Source: an uncultured delta proteobacterium (GTDB taxonomy: Bacteria; Desulfobacterota; WTBG01). Taken from it: a stretch of 64,000 nt of DNA. The stretch lies in assembly GCA_963793865.1 (NCBI GenBank), contig CAWCBP010000008.1, positions 544,001-608,000 of the forward strand, in the 5' to 3' direction. The notes under the pieces were generated by a model, which worked only from the letters and a program-made list of their open reading frames with translations, made no database searches and was not told the origin of the DNA. Made by a program: the position numbers and the translations under genes. Shown piece after piece: positions 50,542 to 59,462 of the stretch (within the stretch, counting starts at the first letter, position 1; every line of letters starts with the position of its first letter).

Positions 50542-50939
50542 TTTTCAGGTGCTGCTTTTGCGTCATGCTTCTGCTGATTATTCATGTACAAAAAGTTCCT
50601 GAACCGCTTGATGTTGTTCCGGCATTCGGTGGCTGAGGCATACAGGCTGTCAAACTGATCCTGGGTGATATAGGTGCAGTCCAGGGCGCGGTAGAGCTGT
50701 GATTGCAGCTCGCTGCATGACCGCTGGGCATATCCCAGCGATCTGCTTACTTCGCTAGATGATCCGTTATCAAATCCTTTGGCAATGTTATCCATGATCG
50801 ATCCGCATGCCTTCCATGCCTGGTCCCTGAGGCTGAAATCCTTTCGCAGGTCGGTCTGGTTGATCGTGGCTGAGAGAGACTTGGACAGCTCCCGGGCCTG
50901 GTTCCAGCACGGCAATTCCTCAAAATTTTTGTAATTCAT
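50538..50939 (-). CDS. Four-helix-bundle protein (23S rRNA IVP-like family)
   Basis: FEEL..W..A..L, DFSLRDQ, SIMDNIA.GF, S.SELQSQLYRALD..YI. Confidence 0.88.
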   Translation of the reverse strand: MNYKNFEELPCWNQARELSKSLSATINQTDLRKDFSLRDQAWKACGSIMDNIAKGFDNGSSSEVSRSLGYAQRSCSELQSQLYRALDCTYITQDQFDSLYASATECRNNIKRFRNFLYMNNQQKHDAKAAPEK

Positions 50940-50949
50940 AGTTCCTCCT

Positions 50950-51450
50950 TTACCAGCTGTTGTCTATTCTTATTCTTCCCGTTGAGGAAGAGACCTTTAC
51001 CGAGCGGAGTTTCCCCTTGCTGTTTTTAAGATAGACACCGCCGCTTGAGGCAGTCCCTTGAGGGTTAAAGGCGATAATGCTGGTTCCGGATTGGTGTGTA
51101 CCCTGGTAGTCGGTGGCGTGATTGATCCAGACCTGATCCGGCAGCGGGTAAAACGTGCGGCGGGCCGCCCAGCTTTCTGAATCGCTGAAAGCATTGCCCT
51201 GCTCTAGCCGGTATCCCTGTGGGTTATTATCCAGGAAAAAACGCACGCGGTACTCTTTTCCCGCGGAGGCGGCGCACATCCGTGCATATTGCAGGGTTGC
51301 AAAAATGGCCCTGACCGTGCCGTTGAGCTTATAATCAGGCATGTTGTGGAACAGCGACGGCGCGCTCACGCTGGCCAGGACCGCTATTACGGCTATGACG
51401 ATCATTAATTCCACCAGCGTGAATCCCCGTCGTTTTGCCTGTGCATCCAT
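50950..51450 (-). CDS. FimU/GspH-like minor pilin
   Basis: RG|FTLVELMIV, LQYAR..A, IAFNPQG, TGRIRI. Confidence 0.88.
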   Translation of the reverse strand: MDAQAKRRGFTLVELMIVIAVIAVLASVSAPSLFHNMPDYKLNGTVRAIFATLQYARMCAASAGKEYRVRFFLDNNPQGYRLEQGNAFSDSESWAARRTFYPLPDQVWINHATDYQGTHQSGTSIIAFNPQGTASSGGVYLKNSKGKLRSVKVSSSTGRIRIDNSW

Positions 51451-51492
51451 AGCAACCTCAGTCGCATCACATCCTGTTAGCATAAGCATGAG

Positions 51493-51509
51493 AGCATATT
51501 GCATGCCAA
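51493..51509 (-). promoter_or_regulatory. sigma54 promoter candidate for the minor pilin operon
   Basis: TTGGCATGCAATATGCT (GG-N10-GC), about 43 bp upstream of the fimU-like ATG. Confidence 0.65.
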
Positions 51510-51843
51510 GAGGAAACCCATCTCATGGCATTGCATTGTGGGAGTCATGCTGTCTAAAAGATAAGCCGGGGCTAGGGAAGATGTTTTCCAGTGATTTGAT
51601 TTTACGTGAGAATCACTGATTTAAAAAGATACAGGGTTTCAGGCTTTTTGGACAACCATGGGAATGGCAAGCGAGGCCTGTCGTGATGGAGGAAGGCATG
51701 TGTGATGTGAGAATTTGTTGGTTGCTTAAATAGTTATTTTGAGGCTGAAAATGACAATCTAAGGTAACAAAACATCATCTTTTTTGATGAATCGACGGGC
51801 AAATCAAATAGTTGACTTGGTCCGACCCCAATAGGATAAACTC

Positions 51844-51878
51844 TTGACAAATATCAGGGTATGACATAATGTAATACC
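51844..51878 (+). promoter_or_regulatory. TA operon promoter with palindromic operator
   Basis: TTGACA...TGaCATAAT overlapped by GGTATGACAT-A-ATGTAATACC (IR with one mismatch). Confidence 0.65.
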
Positions 51879-51889
51879 GGAGGTGAGCC

Positions 51890-52132
51890 ATGAGTAAAAC
51901 AAAGATTGCCATTACATTAGACGAACAGTATATCGAACACATAGACCGGCTCGTGAAGGGGCAGGTGTTTCAAAATCGCAGTCAGGCTATTCAAAAAGCG
52001 GTAGAAGAGAAATTGAAGCGGTTGAAGCGTACCCGTTTGGCTCAAGAATGCGCGAAGCTCGATGCTGATTTTGAAAAGGCCATGGCAGAAGAAGGGCTGA
52101 CGGAGGATGTGAATAAATGGCCCGAATATTGA
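51890..52132 (+). CDS. Ribbon-helix-helix antitoxin
   Basis: KIAITLD...IDRLV...NRSQAIQKAV; overlaps the toxin start. Confidence 0.88.
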   Translation: MSKTKIAITLDEQYIEHIDRLVKGQVFQNRSQAIQKAVEEKLKRLKRTRLAQECAKLDADFEKAMAEEGLTEDVNKWPEY

Positions 52133-52455
52133 GGGGTGATATACGGTGGGCTGACTTAAATCCGGTGCGGGGGCATGAGCAATCAGGCTTGCGACCGGTT
52201 TTGATCCTGAGCCACGACATATTTAATGAGCGTTCCGGTACCGTTATTGCTGTAGCCATTACCGGTCAACCGCAACGAGCGGGTTTTCCCCTTACCATGG
52301 AATTGAAGACAGCTCGTCTTCCCAAGCGATCCTGGATTAAGATAAGCCAGATTCGTACCCTTTCCGTGGAACGGATTGGGAAAATAATCGGCAAGGCATC
52401 TCCCGAAGAAATGGACCAGGTTATAGAGGGATTGAATGAAATAATCGGAGCATGA
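52117..52455 (+). CDS. mazF: PemK/MazF-family mRNA interferase toxin
   Basis: RGDIRWADLNPVRGHEQSGLRPVLILS, QIRTLS.ERI. Confidence 0.93.
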   Translation: MARILRGDIRWADLNPVRGHEQSGLRPVLILSHDIFNERSGTVIAVAITGQPQRAGFPLTMELKTARLPKRSWIKISQIRTLSVERIGKIIGKASPEEMDQVIEGLNEIIGA

Positions 52456-52523
52456 TAAGCAGATTTTTAAAAACAAGCATTCCACCTTGTAATGAAAAAC
52501 AAGTTATCTGGCGAGGAAAATAT

Positions 52524-52976
52524 ATGAGAAGGACTATGAGTGGTACGCTTGCATGCGCTATTCTTATGAGTTGCACAGCGACGGTAATAAGTCATGATGA
52601 GGATATGGCTGCAATAAGAGCTATCGAATTTTCTAGGGTTGCGCTAATTCAGCATGATATACAAAATGGCTACTCCCTTCTATCTGACAATGCGAGAAAG
52701 ACAATATCTTTCGAAGAGTACTCTAAAGCTTTTTCTCAGATGCATCCGTCTTTGTATCCCTTATCTTTAACTGCTGAAGAATTTGAACCTATGCCAGGGC
52801 AGAAAAGCATGAATATATTCCTTTATGGGGAAAACGGATCGGAAAAATTCTTCTACCGCGTTACTATGGAGGGGATAGCGAGAACAGGGTATAAAGTGTT
52901 TAGGATATATCGTGGCAATGGGCCATATCCACCGTCTAAATTGAGGCAGAAACTTAAAACGACTTACTCAACCTAG
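52524..52976 (+). CDS. Hypothetical lipoprotein
   Basis: Lipobox-like ILMSC after a short hydrophobic stretch; AT-rich; RBS GAGG. Confidence 0.55.
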   Translation: MRRTMSGTLACAILMSCTATVISHDEDMAAIRAIEFSRVALIQHDIQNGYSLLSDNARKTISFEEYSKAFSQMHPSLYPLSLTAEEFEPMPGQKSMNIFLYGENGSEKFFYRVTMEGIARTGYKVFRIYRGNGPYPPSKLRQKLKTTYST

Positions 52977-53105
52977 ATTTGCACATGTATCCCGATAACA
53001 ACCGCATATAAAGGGGGATGCTCATAAATAAGTAAATTGACAACCAACTATACTGCTGACCTACCAAAGATTTCGGTTAACCAGCCTGACCGACACTCTT
53101 ATCTC

Positions 53106-53181
53106 ATTCCGGGGACACCATACTCAATTATGGTAACGAGTTGAACACGATATTTATTATTACTTATGGTGTCCCCGGAAT
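53106..53181. repeat. 17-bp perfect inverted repeat (REP-like)
   Basis: attccggggacaccata ... tatggtgtccccggaat. Confidence 0.8.
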
Positions 53182-53453
53182 ACAATAAAAGGGGACGGTG
53201 GTGAATAGGTGCATAACCAATTACCGGAAGACCGGGAACATCATGCAAGAGCACAAGAGCAGTATGGCAAGGCGCAAGTTGTCTATTCACCTACGTCCCC
53301 CCATATTCATTACTGTGGGTTTATGCAGTATTCAAATGATTGTGCCTGGGAAACAGTAAATCATAAGGCTCCCGTTATATTTATGTTTTGCACTGATGAT
53401 GCCGATAAGGGATTATATGTGATGATACAATCGTACTACAAGGGAGCCTCACC

Positions 53454-54317
53454 ATGAAACCAATACATAAAAATATACCTTTATTGCTTATTGTCATCTA
53501 TGTGCTCATAATTCCTGCCACCGCAAATGCCCTCATATGGTTGAAGGGAACATCACAATCAGGGGAACTAACGACCTCAGTTGCCATACTCATTCCTTTC
53601 CCGGCAGTCAACACTACCATCACTGAATCACGCGCCCATGATTTATTTGGCATTGCCGAGTTGGCGATAAGTGAACATGATGACATACATGAATATAACA
53701 AGCTCCAGATTTCGTTCAGTGAAGGGGACTCCATTCAGCTTCCTGTTCCCTACGGTGCATTCGGATTAAGCTATCGCCTCATGCCGAATGGTATTCCATT
53801 ATTGGGACGGGATGAATCAGATTTTTACTGGTATCTTTCGGTCGATAAAGATTCAGTAACTGCCGACATAACCACTGCGGCAGATTATTCTTTTACTATG
53901 GAGCGCGACCGGCTTATTGAATTTATAACCCCCTTTGTTCCGGAGATTGAAGCTTATGAAGATCTGATAGGTGCGGGGCCTTTCGACTTTGGCTTTTCCC
54001 TGCGTGGTGAACTCTCAGGGAAAGCAACAGTCACCAATCCAACTATTTCAGGCAGCATTGACTGCTCGATCGATCTGCCGGAAGATATGTTCACTCAGGA
54101 AATTCCAACGGAAATTCCCCTGCCCGATCACTATCAGGGCACTGTATCAATAGAAGCCACCTTTAACTGGGAAAATTGGAGCTTTTTGTTGCCGTTTGTC
54201 AGTGTCAATCTCTCAATTGTCAATAGCTTTGAAGGAAAGGAATACCCATTCGATCCCATAACCTTTGATCTTCTGCCCCGTGGCACATTCCTCCTCTGGT
54301 TTGATCGGCAAACCTAA
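53454..54317 (+). CDS. Hypothetical exported acidic protein
   Basis: Signal peptide ending ANA; RBS GGAG; no recognised domain. Confidence 0.65.
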   Translation: MKPIHKNIPLLLIVIYVLIIPATANALIWLKGTSQSGELTTSVAILIPFPAVNTTITESRAHDLFGIAELAISEHDDIHEYNKLQISFSEGDSIQLPVPYGAFGLSYRLMPNGIPLLGRDESDFYWYLSVDKDSVTADITTAADYSFTMERDRLIEFITPFVPEIEAYEDLIGAGPFDFGFSLRGELSGKATVTNPTISGSIDCSIDLPEDMFTQEIPTEIPLPDHYQGTVSIEATFNWENWSFLLPFVSVNLSIVNSFEGKEYPFDPITFDLLPRGTFLLWFDRQT

Positions 54318-54356
54318 TCCTCCCCCATCAGAGACTGTGTCGGAATTTGCGATTTT

Positions 54357-54456
54357 GTCATTTCGGGGAATCCGATAAATCTCTAAAGTAATAAAATAAA
54401 TAAGATAAGATTCTTCACGGAGCTTATCCTGAGAGCATCGGAGGGTTCGGAATGAC
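54357..54456. repeat. Degenerate gtcatt...aatgac palindromic element
   Basis: gtcatttcg...aatct...agatt...cggaatgac, with the same architecture as the 44557 element. Confidence 0.55.
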
Positions 54457-55116
54457 AATGCTCCCTGTTATGGAAAAGGGGGACGTTCTTAAAAATCTAA
54501 GTTGGTAAGTTAGAGGGAATTGAAATTTAGATATTTAAGATGTACCGCTTTACGGGCGAGCCAAGTGATGGATGAAACACCGATGAACGAAATGGAGCCG
54601 AGCTATTCGTGGATGGCGAATCCTCCGAGAGTAACCTTGAGCATTCACTATACGACTAAGCTAGGTGACGAGCTTAGCTTTCACCCCCCGCGAGTTTCGT
54701 CCCGTTCAGGAAGAACAGGGATATAGAGGAGTTGATTGATCGCATAGAGAGAGCCAGGAGCTGACCAGGATATCAACGCAGATGTTCTGGAGTGTGGAGA
54801 AAACATGGGGGAATTTTTTAGTGGATTAAGAGCGATTATTATAATATCTGCTTTCGGATTATGGCTGATTTATAGAGCGCTAATGCGGGATACTGCTTTT
54901 TTGAGTGGAAACTTAAAATCCCGGTGTGGATGCTTTTGTGTGCAGGGATTTTGCTTCAAATCTTGATGGTCGTATACATCTATCTGGGGGTTAGGGCAGG
55001 GTTTTTTTAGACGTTGATAAAACAAAAAACTACAGTCAACACAACTGCTATAAAGGGTGGATCGGCAGAAAACAGTGGCTAGCGCCAGCTCATACACTTG
55101 TTATGCCTTTAAGAAA

Positions 55117-56007
55117 TCATTGCTTCTGCGCGAAGTAGTCCATCAGGTAATCTCTGAAATTGCCAAAGGGCATGTTGAATATTCTCTTCGCCTCGGTAAT
55201 GTCACAGGTGCTCCCGCCGCTGAAAGCTGAAACCAAACCCTTTGCGTTGTATCTGTCTCCGGTACAATAATCGACCGTGGCCGCGATGAATCGGGCCAGG
55301 GGAAGAGGAAGGTAGATGAACCGCACGTTTTTCCCCAGCGCCTTGCAGTAAAGCTCCCGTAATTCCTCAAAGGTATATTCATCCTCCCCGCCGATCTCAA
55401 TAATCTTTTTGGATGCTGCGGGATTGTTCAGGGCGTTGACCATGCACCTCGCGAGATCCTCAACCAGAATGGGCCGCACCCGCTCATCCCGTTTCATCAG
55501 CATGGGCGTGAAACCCCGCTTTTTAAGGCTGTTGCCAAGCAGATGCACGAGGTCGGTGGCGAGGGTGGTCACCCGGAACACGGTATAGTCCAGCCTGCTC
55601 ACCGTAAGCAGGTCTTCCACCATCTTCTTGACCTTGCCGTGTTCGAAATTGGAGAACTTGGCCAGACCCCAGTAGCTGACGAAAATGTATTTTTTAACCG
55701 CGTTGGCCTGGGCGAGCCGGATCAGTGAGAGGTTGCCTCCGTAATCGACTTCCCAGAAGTCACCGGCGGTTTTCGGGGGAAGCCTGGTGGTGAAGGAGCT
55801 TATCACCGCGTCAATGCCGGCCATTGCTTCCGCCAGCGCCGCGCCGTCGCGCACATCCCCTTGCACGAGCTCCGCCCCGAGCGTTCTGAGTCGAGTGGTA
55901 TCGGCAGTTTTTCTGACCAGGCAGCGGAAGGGGATTGCCTGGTCAGAAAGCGCGTTCGCTACCGCTCCACCCAACTTGCCTGTCCCTCCTACCAGAAGAA
56001 CCTTCAT
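55117..56007 (-). CDS. NAD(P)-binding NmrA/atypical SDR family protein
   Basis: VGGTGKLG, GDVRD, VDYGGN, PILVEDLA, IGG. Confidence 0.88.
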   Translation of the reverse strand: MKVLLVGGTGKLGGAVANALSDQAIPFRCLVRKTADTTRLRTLGAELVQGDVRDGAALAEAMAGIDAVISSFTTRLPPKTAGDFWEVDYGGNLSLIRLAQANAVKKYIFVSYWGLAKFSNFEHGKVKKMVEDLLTVSRLDYTVFRVTTLATDLVHLLGNSLKKRGFTPMLMKRDERVRPILVEDLARCMVNALNNPAASKKIIEIGGEDEYTFEELRELYCKALGKNVRFIYLPLPLARFIAATVDYCTGDRYNAKGLVSAFSGGSTCDITEAKRIFNMPFGNFRDYLMDYFAQKQ

Positions 56008-56272
56008 AGTCTCCTCACACCAGAGTTGCATTATTAGTCTTCATCTTCCGCCGGTCCGGTCTCCATGTGCCCGGTACTGCCACGATTGTCGCTGCCGTCT
56101 TGTGCCTACCACCATAAGATTATGGATGCAAGCTAAATTGCAGCGTTTTTTCTTATGTACATTTTAAAAATCCGGCATATAATCAATAATAATTCATGAG
56201 GTGAACGCGCTGAAGAACCGTGTGTGATCGGCGCCACAGGGCGCCACCAACCTCAGGGGAAAGGAGACGGGT

Positions 56273-56962
56273 ATGAAAAGCTATGCTGCGGAGTTCTTCG
56301 GGACATTCTGGCTGGTTCTCGGAGGGTGCGGAAGCGCGGTGCTGGCCGCCGCGTTTCCGGATGTGGGCATCGGCCTGCTCGGGGTGGCGCTGGCATTCGG
56401 CCTCACCGTGCTGACCATGGCCTACGCCATCGGGCACATATCCGGCTGCCACCTCAACCCGGCGGTTTCTGTCGGTCTGTGGGCCGGCGGGCGCTTCCCG
56501 GGGAGTCAATTGCTGCCGTATATCATTGCTCAGGTTGTCGGTGCTGTCGTTGCCGGTGGTGTTCTTTTCCTCATCGCCAGCGGCAAGGCGGGCTTCGATG
56601 TGCTGGCCGGATTTGCGTCCAACGGGTACGGCGCCCATTCTCCCGGCGGCTATTCCCTGTTCGCGGCCTTTGTTTCAGAAGTGGTCATGACCATGATGTT
56701 TCTGCTGGTCATTCTCGGCTCGACCGATAAACGGGCGCCGCAGGGCATGGCGCCCATCGCCATAGGTCTCTGCCTTACCCTGATTCACCTCATCAGCATT
56801 CCGGTGACCAATACCTCGGTAAACCCCGCGCGCAGCACGGGCGTGGCGTTGTATGTCGGAGATTGGGCGGTGGGGCAGCTCTGGCTGTTCTGGGTGGCGC
56901 CGATCATCGGCGGCATCATCGGCGCAGGCATTTACCGGTTCATCGGCGGGACGAAGAGTTAG
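56273..56962 (+). CDS. aqpZ: Aquaporin Z
   Basis: [35 protein letters not shown]. Confidence 0.97.
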   Translation: MKSYAAEFFGTFWLVLGGCGSAVLAAAFPDVGIGLLGVALAFGLTVLTMAYAIGHISGCHLNPAVSVGLWAGGRFPGSQLLPYIIAQVVGAVVAGGVLFLIASGKAGFDVLAGFASNGYGAHSPGGYSLFAAFVSEVVMTMMFLLVILGSTDKRAPQGMAPIAIGLCLTLIHLISIPVTNTSVNPARSTGVALYVGDWAVGQLWLFWVAPIIGGIIGAGIYRFIGGTKS

Positions 56963-57082
56963 TTTGCACCGCGAATGTAGATTTTCTGCCCGGGCAGGCG
57001 CGGCAGGCTGCCACGCTTGCCCGCAGAAGGGCTTCCTTGTACTTAATCGACGGCTAATGGAGAATAAAGGCGGAGGTTCACG

Positions 57083-57325
57083 ATGGACATTGATGCGGTC
57101 CGGGCATTCTTTATGTGGTGCACAATCATCAATGGAGGATTGTTCATCCTTTCTTTTTTCATCACTGCCTTTGCCGGTGATTGGGTGTACCGGATGAACA
57201 GCACATGGTATCAGATTCCGAGGGAGACCTTCAACGTGGTCATTTACACCCTTATCGGTTTGTTCAAGATATTTGTGATGGTTTTTAATGTCGTTCCCTA
57301 TATAGCGCTGGTAATCATCGGATGA
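57083..57325 (+). CDS. Small membrane protein (DUF6868-like)
   Basis: FFMWCTIIN...F..PYIAL pattern; RBS GGAGG. Confidence 0.7.
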   Translation: MDIDAVRAFFMWCTIINGGLFILSFFITAFAGDWVYRMNSTWYQIPRETFNVVIYTLIGLFKIFVMVFNVVPYIALVIIG

Positions 57326-57501
57326 GACAAGCTCAGTCGGACGAGCACCATGAAAGGAGACAGCACAAATCATATGGCGTGGACCCGGTCCGGGTCAGGC
57401 AAGCGCATGGGCACCAGGGCCGGATTATTTCCCTTTATGTAACCAAGAAACCTGCCGATACTACATAAACGATAGATTGTACCAGGGGCAGGGAGGAAAC
57501 G

Positions 57502-58935
57502 ATGTACGCTAAAAGAAATTGCATAACCATTATCTTTTTGATGGGCTTGTGGGCCGTTCTGGTGAGCATTAATGCGCCGGCTGCGGATTGGAACCTTGAA
57601 ACTCTGGACAATCTTTCCAGCGTTGGATCCCATACCAGTCTTGCGCTTGACAGTGCAGGCAATCCGCACATCAGCTACCATGACGAAACAAATCGCGATT
57701 TAAAGTATGCTTCTTATGATGGGCGTGAGTGGAATACGGAGACGATTGACCGGATCAACCTGGTGGGGCAGTACACCTCGATTGCACTTGACGGCGAAGA
57801 CCGGCCGCACATCAGCTATTATGATGCCACGGTCAGTGCTTTGAAATATGCCTTTTTTGACGGGAGCGAGTGGCGGATAGAAGCGGTTGACAGCCTGAAC
57901 CTGGTGGGGCAGTACACCTCGATTGCACTTGACGGCGAAGACCGGCCGCACATCAGCTATTATGATGCCACGGTCAGCGCTTTGAAATATGCCTTTTTTG
58001 ACGGGAGCGAGTGGCGGATAGAAACGGTTGACAGCCTGAACCTGGTGGGGCAGTACACTTCGATAGCCATTGACGGCGAAGACCGTCCGCACATCAGCTA
58101 TTATGATGCCACCAACCGTGATTTGAAATATGCTTTTTTCGATGGGGAAGCATGGCACACGGATGCGGTTGACAGCGTTAATCTGGTCGGGAAATACACC
58201 TCGCTCGCGCTTGACAACCTGGGTAATCCGCACATCAGCTATTATGATGAAACCAACCGGGATTTACGGTACGCCTTTTTCGACGGGACAATCTGGCAGA
58301 AAGGGACGGTGGACAGCGTTAACGCGGTGGGGCAGTACACGTCGCTTGCGCTTGACAACCTGGGTAATCCGCACATCAGTTACTATGATGAAACCAACCG
58401 GGATTTACGGTATGCCTTTTTCGACGGGACAATCTGGCAGAAAGGGACGGTGGACAGCGTTAACGCGGTGGGGCAGTACACGTCGCTCGCGCTTGACCGC
58501 ACCAGCCGCCCTCGCATCAGCTACTATGATGCGACCAACGCTGATTTAAAATATGCATCTCCGGTTCCAACTTCGACCACCACCATCGGCCCCTCCACCA
58601 CGACCACCGCCGTGTCAGGCCCAAGCATTGACTTGAGGCCGTCCGCCGTATTTCAGGCGCGATTTATCGCTACCCTGTGGCGGTTGAGAGTTGAGGGGAC
58701 CAATACCTCCTTTGCCAGCGATGACTCAGTGATAACTTTCCAGCCGGCCAGCACAGTGATGCTCCTCCCGCCCCTGGTGGTGGATGATGATACCATTTTT
58801 ATGTTTATCTACCTGATGCCACGGTTGCTCACCGGGCCGCTTGACAGCGTGGAGGTGACCGTCACCACCGGAGACGAAGCGGTTTCTGAGGATCTCGGGA
58901 TTTTGCTCCTGCCATTTTTCCTCGAGGAAGGCTGA
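57502..58935 (+). CDS. Secreted protein with seven 47-aa repeats (probable 7-bladed beta-propeller), Thr linker and C-terminal domain
   Basis: Repeat W..E.VD....VGQYTS[IL]ALD...PHISYYD.T...LKYA; 141-bp DNA units. Confidence 0.85.
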   Translation: MYAKRNCITIIFLMGLWAVLVSINAPAADWNLETLDNLSSVGSHTSLALDSAGNPHISYHDETNRDLKYASYDGREWNTETIDRINLVGQYTSIALDGEDRPHISYYDATVSALKYAFFDGSEWRIEAVDSLNLVGQYTSIALDGEDRPHISYYDATVSALKYAFFDGSEWRIETVDSLNLVGQYTSIAIDGEDRPHISYYDATNRDLKYAFFDGEAWHTDAVDSVNLVGKYTSLALDNLGNPHISYYDETNRDLRYAFFDGTIWQKGTVDSVNAVGQYTSLALDNLGNPHISYYDETNRDLRYAFFDGTIWQKGTVDSVNAVGQYTSLALDRTSRPRISYYDATNADLKYASPVPTSTTTIGPSTTTTAVSGPSIDLRPSAVFQARFIATLWRLRVEGTNTSFASDDSVITFQPASTVMLLPPLVVDDDTIFMFIYLMPRLLTGPLDSVEVTVTTGDEAVSEDLGILLLPFFLEEG

Positions 58936-59014
58936 AACAGCGGAGCACTGCGCGGGAACCGGAATTCCGCAACAGTTCTCCCGAAATATAACCGGGCTGC
59001 TATACCATAAAGGC

Positions 59015-59043
59015 CTTGACGCCGCTTGTGATACTGTGTATAC
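59015..59043 (+). promoter_or_regulatory. sigma70 promoter candidate for the Hc1-like gene
   Basis: TTGACG-17 bp-TATACA. Confidence 0.5.
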
Positions 59044-59060
59044 ATTCAGAAACATTTCTG

Positions 59061-59215
59061 GCAGGCGGTTGAAAACCACCCATCTGCTGCGTTGCGCTCA
59101 TCCTTCGTCATTGCGACGTACCGGAACGTACGCCTCATTCCTCAGGATTTCGCGTGCCTTGCATCTGGATGTTTTTGAACCGCCTGCGGCAAAATACTTT
59201 TTAAACAATCTGCTA
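59061..59215. repeat. MITE-like palindromic element (~150 bp)
   Basis: gcaggcggttgaaaa...ttttgaaccgcctgc inverted ends; reverse orientation of the 25412 and 49921 copies. Confidence 0.85.
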
Positions 59216-59237
59216 CACAGTGAAAGGCGGTGAGATT

Positions 59238-59423
59238 ATGGGTGCAGAGTCATTACAGCAGTTGATAGACCTGGCTAAAAGCCTTGAGGAAGATAATCAG
59301 AAGTTTTATGCCGGCAACAACGCGGCAGGCACCAGGTTGCGCAAGGGACTTCAGGAAGTCAAGAAGCTTTCTCAATCCATGAGAAATGAGATTACCGTAA
59401 CCAAGGCATCCCGCAAGGGATAG
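59238..59423 (+). CDS. Histone H1-like Hc1-family small protein
   Basis: 'KFYAGNNAAGTRLRKGLQEVKKL...R' matches the Hc1 N-domain GNxAAGxRxR motif. Confidence 0.8.
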   Translation: MGAESLQQLIDLAKSLEEDNQKFYAGNNAAGTRLRKGLQEVKKLSQSMRNEITVTKASRKG

Positions 59424-59444
59424 CAGGTTGCAGTGCACAAAAAC

Positions 59445-59462
59445 AGGGGCCGGAAGGCCCCT
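59445..59462. terminator. Hairpin between convergent genes
   Basis: aggggcc-ggaa-ggcccct. Confidence 0.55.

Noticed and set aside
50538..50939. Four-helix bundle as the Avd of a diversity-generating retroelement
   Set aside because: No reverse transcriptase or TR/VR pair seen nearby.
54520..55097. Short ORFs in the AT-rich gap before the SDR gene
   Set aside because: No motifs or convincing RBS; cannot be supported as genes.
57589..58560. Regular direct repeats as a possible CRISPR array or DGR template/variable pair
   Set aside because: In-frame 141-bp coding units with no unique spacers; no cas or reverse transcriptase gene in the window.
59036..59233. Small ORFs translated from MITE copies (also 25262-25474 and 49746-50000)
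   Set aside because: They are translations of the non-coding repeat.
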